Below are positions 1-8,644 of a stretch of DNA of 52,865 bases, one piece after another. Made by a program: the position numbers and the translations under genes. Source of the DNA: a virus (Duplodnaviria > Caudoviricetes); the IMG/VR virus record IMGVR_UViG_3300017785_005555, positions 1 through 52,865 of that record; one strand, given 5' to 3'. The notes beneath the pieces are model-generated. The model saw only the letters and a list, made by a program, of their open reading frames with translations, was not told the origin of the DNA and ran no database searches. Each line of letters starts with the position of its first letter. Positions within the stretch are counted from its first letter, which is position 1.

Positions 1-123
1 CGCTCGGCTTCTTCTCGCCGAGCATCCGCATGTAGCCGCGAACGAAGTCGTCCAGCTCGGTGTTGGAAAGAACTACGGCGGTGCCGTCGGGGGTCTCGAT
101 AGGCATGAACTTCCTCGGTGTTA
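1..123. repeat. Terminal overlap, identical to 52743-52865 (circular contig)
   Basis: The first 123 nt match the last 123 nt. The overlap cuts through the 52339-52848 ORF, so it is more likely an assembly overlap than a true terminal repeat. Confidence 0.9.
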
Positions 124-2430
124 GGCTGCTTTCTTCTCGGGCGGTTCCCACGGAACCAGCTTGCCCTCGGCGTCGCGCACGCCCTCGGCGTCCTTGTACC
201 AGCGGCGCATGAGCACCGGCTTGGCGGAGATGGGGATGTCGGGGATGTAAAGCTGCATCCCCAGGCGCATGACCTCCGCCATGCGCTCGGCGGACTCGGC
301 GCCGAACTCTTCCAGGGCCTCGCCGACCAGCTCGTCATGGACGAAGATCGTGATGCGCGCGCCGAAGAGGGGGCTCTTCACGTCGCCGTGGTCCTCCTCC
401 GTCCAGAACGGGGAGTACCCGGTGTAGCACTCCTGGGCGACGTAGAAGAGGGACGCCTTGGCGCCGTCCGCTGCGAGCCCCTGGAAGTGGGTGTTGCAGC
501 CGTCGCAGTAGCCCGTGCCACCGCGCAGGCGGCCGGAGCGGGGCTGGGTGAAGGTACACTCCCCGCCGCCCTGCGCCGTGGCCTTGGAGATGTAGCGGAA
601 GAAGTCCCGCATCTCGCGCCACTTCGCCAACCAGCGCGCCTTCAAGTCCTTGCAGACCATGACGGCTTCTTCGTGCGTGTCGCCGAACTTGACGCGGTAG
701 GTCTTCCACGCCCAGATGATCAGGGTCTCGGCCCCGAGGCCGCCGGGGAAGCCGAAGTTCAACGCCTTCGACATCTGCCGCTTAGACTTCACCATCTTGA
801 AGGTGATGTCCATGTCCTCGTTGTCCACCTTGGACTCGTACACGGCCAGCACGTCTTCGTACGTGGCGGCCCTGGTGCCGCACGCCATGTACACCTGCTC
901 GTCGGTGTAGCTCTCCTCGTCGTACCCGGCCTCGGCCATGAGGGCGCGGAGCTTGGCGACGCGCTCGACGTTGATGAGGTCGGTCGCCATGTCCAGGTGG
1001 AGATCTTTGCCAGCCTGGAGCGCGACCGCCATGTCCGAATACTTGAACTCGTCGAGGCAGAACTGCGCCAGGGCGCACAGCTCGATGGTCGAGTAGTCGG
1101 CGTTGATGAACACCCAGCCGGGCCGGGGCACGACGCACTCGCGGAACCCGCCCTCGCGCGGAAGGTTCTGCCAGTTCGGGCCGAAGCAGGACGTGCGCCC
1201 CGACTCCACCAGCTCGTTCCAGCCGGCGTTGATGGGGAAGATGGCGCCGTGCGAGAAGGCCGGGATGTAGGTGTTGCCGTTGTGCTCGTCCGCCGAGATG
1301 CTGGCGAGGGCGTGCAGGATGGGCGTGCTCACCTGCTTCATCACGCCGTCGATCTTCATCATCAGCAGGACGTGGGGCTGCTTGTCCGGATGGGACTGGA
1401 GAAGAACTTCCTTCTCCGTGGAGACGGCGCCGTCTACCTTCGACTTCTTCGGCGCGGGCGGGGCCCCGTCGTAGGCGTCGGAGATGTACTGCTTCAACCT
1501 CTTCATGTCCTTGGTGCCGTCCTTCAACCGGAAGACCCCGATGTCGGGATCCGCCAGGAGGTCGCGCACCACCTTGACGTTCGTACGCAACTTCTCCGCA
1601 AGCTGGGACACGGCCACCGGGTCGGTGCGAACACCCCAGATGCCGGCGAGCTGGAGCGCCCAGGCGGCGGCGGCGGTCTCGAACTCGTTGGTGACGAAGC
1701 CCGTGTCGGGATCGACCACGGCGGAGTCGAGGTCTTCCACCTGCGCCCAGAACATCTTGTGCGTCTTGTACGCGTCGCCGAGGGCGTAGTCCCGTGCCTT
1801 CTCCGGCCACTGGTCGAGCGGCACGTTCTCCAGCTCGGCGAACCGGAGCCGCCACGCCTTCACGTCGCCGGTGATGGTGAGGGTGCCGTCGTCATTGAAC
1901 ACCGCCTTGGCCTTGTCCTCGGACAGGTCCAGGTTCCAGCGGTGCTCGAAGATCGTGCCCATGTTGAACTTCGACTGGCGCTTCTTCCCGCTGGAGAAGT
2001 CCGTGGTGAGCTGCCCCATCGCGAGGCGGATCAGCTTCTCCCGGATGCGCGTGTCCGAGACCCGGCAGTCCTCATACGCCTTGAAGATGAGCGGCAGGAG
2101 GGTCTTGTCCTTGGCGGCCAGGACGCCCCAATCGAACGCGATGTTGTGCCCTACGAAGTGGATCGTCGGGTCCAGCAGCGCCTCGCGCAGCACCTCCACG
2201 GCGTCCGTCTTGTTGAGCAGGATGGCGTCCCCGACGACGCGCCCATCAGGCAGCTCGGTGGCGAACCCCTCCACGTAGGTGGTGCGGTCGGTCCACGCGG
2301 TCGGGTGCTTCTCCGGGTACGTCTCCATCAGGGCGGTGACGCAGACCAGCGGAGGAGCGAGCAGCCCAGGGCGGATGAGATGGGACTCGGAATCCCACAC
2401 GAACAGCGACCGGCCCTGGAGCAAGCTCAT
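121..2430 (-). CDS. Family A DNA polymerase with N-terminal 3'-5' exonuclease
   Basis: Exo I WDSE, Exo II GHNIAFD, Exo III YALGD, SGRTS, motif A ADYSTIE, motif B RQMSKALNFG, motif C FVHDEL. Confidence 0.95.
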   Translation of the reverse strand: MSLLQGRSLFVWDSESHLIRPGLLAPPLVCVTALMETYPEKHPTAWTDRTTYVEGFATELPDGRVVGDAILLNKTDAVEVLREALLDPTIHFVGHNIAFDWGVLAAKDKTLLPLIFKAYEDCRVSDTRIREKLIRLAMGQLTTDFSSGKKRQSKFNMGTIFEHRWNLDLSEDKAKAVFNDDGTLTITGDVKAWRLRFAELENVPLDQWPEKARDYALGDAYKTHKMFWAQVEDLDSAVVDPDTGFVTNEFETAAAAWALQLAGIWGVRTDPVAVSQLAEKLRTNVKVVRDLLADPDIGVFRLKDGTKDMKRLKQYISDAYDGAPPAPKKSKVDGAVSTEKEVLLQSHPDKQPHVLLMMKIDGVMKQVSTPILHALASISADEHNGNTYIPAFSHGAIFPINAGWNELVESGRTSCFGPNWQNLPREGGFRECVVPRPGWVFINADYSTIELCALAQFCLDEFKYSDMAVALQAGKDLHLDMATDLINVERVAKLRALMAEAGYDEESYTDEQVYMACGTRAATYEDVLAVYESKVDNEDMDITFKMVKSKRQMSKALNFGFPGGLGAETLIIWAWKTYRVKFGDTHEEAVMVCKDLKARWLAKWREMRDFFRYISKATAQGGGECTFTQPRSGRLRGGTGYCDGCNTHFQGLAADGAKASLFYVAQECYTGYSPFWTEEDHGDVKSPLFGARITIFVHDELVGEALEEFGAESAERMAEVMRLGMQLYIPDIPISAKPVLMRRWYKDAEGVRDAEGKLVPWEPPEKKAA

Positions 2431-2574
2431 AGGAAAGTACCTTCTATACGGACTCGGCCCCGCTCGTCAGTCCCGGCGTCATACCGGCTTGCGAGCGGGG
2501 CTTTGTCGTGGACTCCAGCGATCTTTCGACCCGTACCGTGTACTTTGGTCGTCAGTCTCAATCGCGTACGGAGA

Positions 2575-2652
2575 TGGTAGCGGGGGCTGGATTTGAACCA
2601 GCGACTTCCACGGCTATGAACCGTGTCTTCTACCGGGCTGAAATACCCCGCA
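2575..2652 (-). tRNA. tRNA with CAT anticodon (Met/fMet-like; Ile2 not excluded)
   Basis: Minus strand folds to a cloverleaf: acceptor GCGGGG/CCCCGC with U1:U72 mismatch, D-stem UUUC/GAAG, anticodon stem CACGG/CCGUG with loop UUCAUAG, T-arm GCUGG-UUCAAAU-CCAGC, then A-CCA. Confidence 0.92.
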
Positions 2653-2660
2653 ACAAAGAA

Positions 2661-3254
2661 CTACGCCTGACCCTCGAACACCGGGAACCAGTTGTGGACG
2701 GTGAACGGGGTCTTCTTGACCTTCGTGATGATGCCGCGCGTCTGGCAGCGGATCCGCACGCCGCGCGACATGGTGCCGGGGAGCCCACCGGGGAGGGCCA
2801 CTCCGTTGGCGTCGGTCGGCATCCCCATCAGGGCCTCGGCCTCGTCCTCACCGATCGAGTCCGCGGAGACGGGCTCACCCTGGACGGAGCCGTAGATGGC
2901 GACCATGAGGGCCTTGATGTTGCCGAGCCACATCTCCCGGCCTTCCTTGTCGTCGGTGTAGTAGTTCACCGTCGAGCCCGGCTTCGTCTGCGGGGAGTCG
3001 CTGGTCGTGCCGAGCACGATGAAGTCGCCGACGAAGATGTCGAGCTTGCCGTTGCGGTCGTTGAACACCCGGAGGACGGACACCTCCAGATCGTAGGTGT
3101 GGTTCGCCTCCATGTAGTTGCCACCGGCATTGAACTTCGCGTCCTTCATCCCCTTGAAGAGACCGGCGCGGCCCTGGGCGAGCTGACCGGCGGCGGGGGC
3201 GGCGGGAGCAGCGGGCGCTGCGAGGGCGGACTTGGCACGAGCGAGAAGAGACAT
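2661..3254 (-). CDS. Putative single-stranded DNA-binding protein
   Basis: ~197 aa, beta-rich, SD GAGGTG, own promoter, located between helicase and polymerase. Function is inferred from synteny only. Confidence 0.45.
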   Translation of the reverse strand: MSLLARAKSALAAPAAPAAPAAGQLAQGRAGLFKGMKDAKFNAGGNYMEANHTYDLEVSVLRVFNDRNGKLDIFVGDFIVLGTTSDSPQTKPGSTVNYYTDDKEGREMWLGNIKALMVAIYGSVQGEPVSADSIGEDEAEALMGMPTDANGVALPGGLPGTMSRGVRIRCQTRGIITKVKKTPFTVHNWFPVFEGQA

Positions 3255-3263
3255 GAACACCTC

Positions 3264-3305
3264 GGACTTGGACTTGGCCTGGGCCTTGTGATTGGACTTG
3301 GACTT
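3264..3305. repeat. Seven tandem GGACTT-like hexamers in the 5' UTR of the putative SSB
   Basis: ggactt ggactt ggcctg ggcctt gtgatt ggactt ggactt, abutting the SD. Confidence 0.8.
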
Positions 3306-3335
3306 CCGCCGAACGTCTCCGGTCAGCGTGCAGTA

Positions 3336-3365
3336 ACTCTAAGCCGACCGGCCCCCCGGTGTCAA
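3336..3365 (-). promoter_or_regulatory. Sigma70-like promoter
   Basis: TTGACA-N18-TAGAGT upstream of the putative SSB. Confidence 0.7.
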
Positions 3366-3367
3366 CA

Positions 3368-3682
3368 TCATCCGCGCGCTTTGTTCAAGACGACGCACTT
3401 CCGCAGGTTCTCCCTGCTATTGTTGAGCGGGTCGCCGTCCACGTAGTAGACGCGCTCGTTCTTGCGCGCCTTCGCCAGGAGCCGCCCGAGGTAGATCGTC
3501 GTGCGCTTCTTGCCGACGTGCGTGCAGACATAGCCGTTGGGGCCGACGTACCAGCGGTAGTTCTTCACCAGCGGGTAGTCGGCCGGGTCGATGTAGACCC
3601 GCTCGTCCTTGGTGGTGTGCAGCACGGTGGACGCGCCGCCGTGTCCGTGCCCTACGATGTTGGGAGAGAACTTCTTACTCAT
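3368..3682 (-). CDS. Degenerate HNH endonuclease-like protein (104 aa)
   Basis: IDPADYPLV..YRW..NGYV and VYYVDGDPLNNSRENL resemble phage HNH_3 proteins; start overlaps the helicase stop (ATGA). Confidence 0.7.
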   Translation of the reverse strand: MSKKFSPNIVGHGHGGASTVLHTTKDERVYIDPADYPLVKNYRWYVGPNGYVCTHVGKKRTTIYLGRLLAKARKNERVYYVDGDPLNNSRENLRKCVVLNKARG

Positions 3683-5520
3683 GTGGCCTCCTCGTCGGGC
3701 TCTTCGTCGCCCATCCAGGTGGGGTTGACCCAGGTACCCATGAGCATCTTGCGCTGCTCCCCCTGGCTTTCCTTGACGTAAACTTCCTGACCGTGGGAGC
3801 GGCGCAGGGCGTTGCGGGCTTGCCGCGTGTGAGCGAAGTACGCAAACTCCACCTCGTCCGCCGGCTGGAGCGGGCGGTGGGTGCGGCCGATGAGCTGCTG
3901 CGCCGTGTCTCCGCCGGAGGGCCAGGACATCACGAGGTTCTTGCTCCAGGCTTGCAGGTTCTTGCCCGTGCCGTGGACCAGGATGGACGCCGCCAGCATG
4001 GGCGGGGTGCCGGGTGCCTCGGGGTCGGTTCCCCGCCCGTAGACCGGCAGGCCCGCCTCGGCCAGCGCGCGCGCCACGGCGGAGTCTTCGTACCAGATGA
4101 TGCCGGCCTCGCCCTTCTCCAGGCGCTCGATCGCCCACTGTACCGCCGAGTTCACCAAGAACTTGCTAAGCCAGATGGTCTTCGTCGGGGGCTGGGGACG
4201 GTCCTTGACCCCGCACCACGCGTCGTAAGCGTGACACAGCTCGTCATCCTCCAGGATCTCGGGCACCTCGTTGGTTGTGTCCATGTGGACGCGCCCGTTG
4301 CGGATAGCGTTGGCGACCCGCATGGGGGAGTCCCACTCGGGGTGGTCGTCCTTCAAGACGCGGCGCACCGCCTTGTGCCACGCTGCCCGCTTCATCATCC
4401 ACTCGACATCGACCACACCACCCGGCCAGTCCCACACGTAGAAGAAGCCGCACGACATCTGCTTCTCGACGTTGTACTTCTCCAGCGCGGAGGCCAGCTC
4501 CTCGCCGTCCGGCCGGCACCACGTCCGATCGAGGTCGAGCCGGGCCTGTTCGACCTCGGGGGGCACCTTGATGGTGCGCTCGTGGAAGTAGAGCGCCGTC
4601 CCGACGGCGGACTCCGAGGAGCCGACGACGCCGGGGGTGGACCGGAACCTGGACTGGAACCCCCCGCGCGCAGCGGTACGGAGCGCGGCGTCCCGCTTGT
4701 CGGGGTCCCCGTCGTGCCACGCCTCCCAGCCGGGGGGCATGAACATCGAGACCGTCTGCCAGTCGCTTTCGCGGGCCACGCCGTCGGAGTCGATGCAGTT
4801 CGCCCAGGCCAGCAGCTCCGTCACGTTCAACGGGAGCGGGGAGTATTCGCCGAGGGCCAGCTCGCAGAAGTGGGCGTAGTCCCGGAGCCCTCGCTTGGTG
4901 AGCGTGCCCGACATGAACACGGCCATCGTCTCGGGGAACTGTTCAAAGTAGCGAAGAAGTCTCTTGGCACGGGTGGAGGAGGGACGCGCGATGGCGTGCG
5001 CCTCGTCGCAGATGATGAGGTCCGGTCGGAAGGACATGAGGATGTCGGCGCCGGAGGACACGGAGAGCTGGGAGTACGTCACCACCTTCAACTGCTGGGA
5101 CACCCGCCAGTGATCTCGGAACTTCCGATATTCCCGGTGAAATGAATCGACCAGCTTCGCCGGGAGGAGCAGCAGGGGACGCTCGGCCCTGACCGCTCGC
5201 GGGGCCAGCATCGCCAGGAGACCCTTGCCGACGCCGACGCCGAGGGGGGCCACGAGGCCGCGCTTCTTCTGGAGCCAGTGGAGGGAGAGGGTCTGGAGCA
5301 GGCGCAGGTTCTGGCTGCCCCCCTCCTTGCGGTACTGCTCGGTCAGGTCCAGGTGCGCCAGCTCCTCGGGCACCCAGCGGGCCAGCGCGTGGACCCGCTG
5401 CATCTCGGACTGCTTGCGCTCCAGGTCGGCGTCGGCCAGGGCAGCGGGGTTGGCGGCGCCCTTCCGGCCCAGCAGGGCGGAGTGGGTGGCGAGACGGGCG
5501 AGTGCGGCGCGGTTGTCCAA
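3679..5520 (-). CDS. SF2 (SNF2-like) DNA helicase
   Basis: Walker A GVGVGKG, Walker B CDEAH, motif III SGT, motif VI QLIGRTHR; TTG start with SD GAGGAG. Confidence 0.88.
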   Translation of the reverse strand: MDNRAALARLATHSALLGRKGAANPAALADADLERKQSEMQRVHALARWVPEELAHLDLTEQYRKEGGSQNLRLLQTLSLHWLQKKRGLVAPLGVGVGKGLLAMLAPRAVRAERPLLLLPAKLVDSFHREYRKFRDHWRVSQQLKVVTYSQLSVSSGADILMSFRPDLIICDEAHAIARPSSTRAKRLLRYFEQFPETMAVFMSGTLTKRGLRDYAHFCELALGEYSPLPLNVTELLAWANCIDSDGVARESDWQTVSMFMPPGWEAWHDGDPDKRDAALRTAARGGFQSRFRSTPGVVGSSESAVGTALYFHERTIKVPPEVEQARLDLDRTWCRPDGEELASALEKYNVEKQMSCGFFYVWDWPGGVVDVEWMMKRAAWHKAVRRVLKDDHPEWDSPMRVANAIRNGRVHMDTTNEVPEILEDDELCHAYDAWCGVKDRPQPPTKTIWLSKFLVNSAVQWAIERLEKGEAGIIWYEDSAVARALAEAGLPVYGRGTDPEAPGTPPMLAASILVHGTGKNLQAWSKNLVMSWPSGGDTAQQLIGRTHRPLQPADEVEFAYFAHTRQARNALRRSHGQEVYVKESQGEQRKMLMGTWVNPTWMGDEEPDEEAT

Positions 5521-5535
5521 AGCGAGAACTCCTCT

Positions 5536-5573
5536 AAGCGAAAGGCGCCGGGCGGTGTGACCCGACCGGCGCC
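5536..5573 (-). terminator. Probable intrinsic terminator
   Basis: GGCGCCGG...CCGGCGCC hairpin followed by TTTCGCTT on the minus strand. Confidence 0.45.
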
Positions 5574-5598
5574 CGGCGGAACCGAAGTTCCTTCTAAC

Positions 5599-6369
5599 CT
5601 ATCGGGGCGTCGCGACCGCCTGCGAGGGCTTCGGCTCGGGGGTGCCCACGATCGCGTAGCCCGCGGCGCGCAGCTTCTCACACTGAATGTAGTAGAGCCC
5701 CCACACGTCGGTCACGTCGCGGCGCAGGGGCGCCCCGTCGAGCCTCCAGGAGTTCTCCGGGCCGACGTTGCGGCACAAGCGGGCAATCACCGTGCCCTCG
5801 TTGAGGAAGTCCACGCGCTGGGGCGAGCCGTCGAGCGCGCCGAGGAACCCGTCGTACGGGGTGTCGAGCGTGACCACGGTGACGGTCATAGCGCCCGCCA
5901 CCGCCACCGCCTTGTTGGCGGCGAGCCGGGCGTACGCGAGCTGCTCGGGCACCTCGGTGAACGGCACGTAGACGCCGTTCTTCTTGAAGATGTGCTCGCT
6001 CACCACCGACGCGGCGCGGAGGACGTGCTGGATCGCGACCGCCTTCAACGCGTCCGCGGCGGAGACGATGCCCTCGGGCACCTGCTCGTTGATGACCGTG
6101 GCGAACGCCAGGAAGGTCTCGTTCGAGCGGGCAGCGATGCGCGCCAGGACCGCCTGCTCCATGGCCGCCTTGTCCGTCCCGACCACGAGCGCCGGGAGCC
6201 GGTCGAGCTGCACGAGGGCGTCGCGGGACTCCGCGAGCAGCGCCTTGATCTTCCCGTGGGTCCGCTGCTCCGCTTCACCGATGGCCGCGTAACGCGGAGC
6301 GGTGTCGTCGGTCGGGCGGTGGTAGGAGAACATCGTGGCGAGGAGAAGAGCGGTGTGCGCGCGTTGCAT
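5599..6369 (-). CDS. Hypothetical protein
   Basis: 256-aa ORF with GC3-biased codons, SD AGAGG, co-oriented with neighbours. Confidence 0.75.
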   Translation of the reverse strand: MQRAHTALLLATMFSYHRPTDDTAPRYAAIGEAEQRTHGKIKALLAESRDALVQLDRLPALVVGTDKAAMEQAVLARIAARSNETFLAFATVINEQVPEGIVSAADALKAVAIQHVLRAASVVSEHIFKKNGVYVPFTEVPEQLAYARLAANKAVAVAGAMTVTVVTLDTPYDGFLGALDGSPQRVDFLNEGTVIARLCRNVGPENSWRLDGAPLRRDVTDVWGLYYIQCEKLRAAGYAIVGTPEPKPSQAVATPR

Positions 6370-6456
6370 GGTAGCCTCTGGGCTGGGATGTGAGCGGGCG
6401 GAGGAAGGCCGGGCCCGCTCGGGAAGAACTCTGTCAGGCGAGGAAGGCGTCGCTGG

Positions 6457-8427
6457 CTACCAGCGCCCGCCCTGGTGGATCTCGACGGCGAGGGGCTTGA
6501 TGACTTCGAGCACCGCCATCGTGGCCGGGAACCGGGTGTCGGCGACGATCACGCCGTTCCAGGTCTGCTGCGTGGCGAGCGCCGCGACGAGCCTGTTGCC
6601 CTCCCCGTAGTCGAGCATCGAGTAGTGCGGCACCTTCATCTCGTGGGCGACGCGCGCCATGAGGGGGGCGAGCACGTCCTCCAGGTTCTGGGCCGACGCG
6701 AGGTTCGGACCCTTCGCCGGGCGGCTGTCGATGTAGAGCACGAGCCCGGCGCGGTTGTCCGGCGCGGCCGGGGCGGGGGCCGCCACGGTGGCGGGGGCCT
6801 CGGCGACCTTGGCGGCCCCGCGACGGGTCACGGGGACGACGGGGGCGACGACCGGCGCGGCTACCTCCTCGGGGGCGGCCTCCAGGTCGGTGATCTTCCC
6901 CTCGGCGTCCGTCACGATGACGATGGACTCGGAGAACTCGATGCTGTTGGTGAGCACCGCGCCGAACACGTCGTCCGACATGAGGTTCACCTGCTCCTCG
7001 GACCAGCCGAGACGCATGGCTTCCTCGACGGCGGCGTTGGACTGGAGATCCCAGACCACCCCGTCCTCGGTGCTCGTGTCCACCGGGCCGACCTTGGGCA
7101 GGTACACCGAGCCGTCCGCGCGCACGCTGTAGCTCTTGCCGTCCGTGCTGTTCGCCAACACCCAGATGACCGCCTCGACGGACATCTTCTCGGCCTGCTC
7201 CTTCGACCAGTTGAGGGCGGCGAGCTTCTCGACGAAGCCGCGGGGCTTGCGCTGGGCGGCGACCGGCGCGGCCGGGGTCCCCGTGGCGACCGGCGCGGCA
7301 GCGGCAGCGGTGGCGGCCTTGGCGGCGACGACACCGGCGGAGACGCCCGTGTTCTGGGCGGCGTCCGGCGGGTTCACCGTGGTGGCCTTGCCCTGCCCTT
7401 CGCGGAGCTTCGCCAGGATGCCCGCGCCGGCCGGCGTGGCGCCAGATGCAGCGACGACCGCGACCTCCTTCGCCGGGGCGGCGGGGGCGGTAGTGGACGG
7501 GGCAGCGGTGCCGCCCTCGGTGGCGGGCTGACCCTTGGCGCGGAGGGAAGTCAGAAGAGACATGGGGACCTCGGAGTGGACATTGGCGAAGCCGGCGAAC
7601 TTTCCACCGGCGGCTGGGTTGAGACGTTTGAGGGCTTCACACCGTTCCCGGTGCTGGCATCCCCGGTACGCCGAGCAGGCGTTCCAGTTGGGACTAACTC
7701 TAATCGGATCTGTTTCAAGCGCAACCTGTTTCATGCGCTTCACGGTAGCGACGATGCCATTCCATCCAGCTTCAACCTGGGCGGGATTGAAGTTTGCCAC
7801 CGTCTTCCGAACGGTCGGGGAGCCGGTCTTCTGGTAGACGATGTGCCCGCACGAGACCTCCGCCGCCGGCTGGCGGAAGGCGAGCTGGTGTAGCTCGTCC
7901 GCTGCCTTGGCGTAGGCGATCATCTGCGGAGCTTCAAAGAGTTCTTCTTCACTCTTCGCCCACTTCATGTCCTTCAAGAACTTGTGGTCGAGGATGACCG
8001 GCTTACCCTCTTCGAGCAGGAGCATGTCGATGAAGCCGGAGACGGGCACGCCCTCGATCGTCAGACCGGGGAGGGGCAGCGGGAGCGGGACGACGCCGGG
8101 CCGGCGCACCTGGGTGATGACGTGCTGCACCGGGTCCAGGTACCAGGGGGTGGCACCGGGGCGGAAGTCGAACCCGATAGGAAGTTCTACGTTAGCCCGC
8201 CCCGGCGCCGGCAGGTAGCCCTTGGACAGGGCGAGCTGGATGAGCTTGGACTTCGGGGGCTTGCCGTCCACGAGGTAATCCTCGGCCTCGGCGTGTAGTA
8301 GCTTGCCGTCCGCCTGCCCCTGGTTCTCCTGCTCTGCGATGCCGTAGATGTACCGCCACCACCACTGGCGCTCGCAGCTACGAAACTTCTCCACCTGTGA
8401 GGCGGACCAGTGGCGGAAGGTCTTCAT
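6457..8427 (-). CDS. Cas4/RecB-like PD-(D/E)xK exonuclease with long C-terminal extension
   Basis: WSASQ..C, G.LLH...E, GFIDM, ILDHK, QMIAYA and terminal C..YRGC....C (Fe-S staple pattern), then an Ala/Pro linker and a C-terminal domain; start MKTFRHW at 8427. Confidence 0.85.
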   Translation of the reverse strand: MKTFRHWSASQVEKFRSCERQWWWRYIYGIAEQENQGQADGKLLHAEAEDYLVDGKPPKSKLIQLALSKGYLPAPGRANVELPIGFDFRPGATPWYLDPVQHVITQVRRPGVVPLPLPLPGLTIEGVPVSGFIDMLLLEEGKPVILDHKFLKDMKWAKSEEELFEAPQMIAYAKAADELHQLAFRQPAAEVSCGHIVYQKTGSPTVRKTVANFNPAQVEAGWNGIVATVKRMKQVALETDPIRVSPNWNACSAYRGCQHRERCEALKRLNPAAGGKFAGFANVHSEVPMSLLTSLRAKGQPATEGGTAAPSTTAPAAPAKEVAVVAASGATPAGAGILAKLREGQGKATTVNPPDAAQNTGVSAGVVAAKAATAAAAAPVATGTPAAPVAAQRKPRGFVEKLAALNWSKEQAEKMSVEAVIWVLANSTDGKSYSVRADGSVYLPKVGPVDTSTEDGVVWDLQSNAAVEEAMRLGWSEEQVNLMSDDVFGAVLTNSIEFSESIVIVTDAEGKITDLEAAPEEVAAPVVAPVVPVTRRGAAKVAEAPATVAAPAPAAPDNRAGLVLYIDSRPAKGPNLASAQNLEDVLAPLMARVAHEMKVPHYSMLDYGEGNRLVAALATQQTWNGVIVADTRFPATMAVLEVIKPLAVEIHQGGRW

Positions 8428-8564
8428 CGCCCTGCCGGCGGCGCGAGCGGCACCGGGTAGTCCTGCGTCTGCCAGGACCGCTTGCGGATGCAGTCGCGGC
8501 ACGGGCACCAGCCCGTGGTGAACTTCCGCTCACGAAGAACTTCGCGATGGGTAGGCCCGTTCAT
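8424..8564 (-). CDS. Small CxCxxC protein (46 aa), not in the ORF track
   Basis: MNGPTHREVLRERKFTTGWCPCRDCIRKRSWQTQDYPVPLAPPAGR; ATGA overlaps at both ends. Confidence 0.55.
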   Translation of the reverse strand: MNGPTHREVLRERKFTTGWCPCRDCIRKRSWQTQDYPVPLAPPAGR

Positions 8565-8644
8565 CGCTTCTGCCACGAGGGGTATAGGGGCTGGGTGGGC
8601 GGCGGGGACCCGTCGAAACGGGGGACTTCAAGCTGGCTGCTCAT
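8561..8644 (-). CDS. Putative 27-aa peptide
   Basis: MSSQLEVPRFDGSPPPTQPLYPSWQKR; ATGA overlaps with the primase stop and the next start. Confidence 0.35.
   Translation of the reverse strand: MSSQLEVPRFDGSPPPTQPLYPSWQKR

Noticed and set aside
2464-2555. Hammerhead ribozyme suggested by two CUGACGA and one GAAA
   Set aside because: Stems II and III and the NUH site cannot be assembled in any permutation I tried; kept only as an unknown structured RNA.
2500-2574. Theta/HDV-like ribozyme downstream of the tRNA
   Set aside because: I could not trace the nested double pseudoknot, and the tRNA already encodes CCA.
6457-8427. CRISPR-Cas system implied by the Cas4-like gene
   Set aside because: No repeat-spacer array or other cas genes; solo Cas4-like nucleases are common in phage replication modules.
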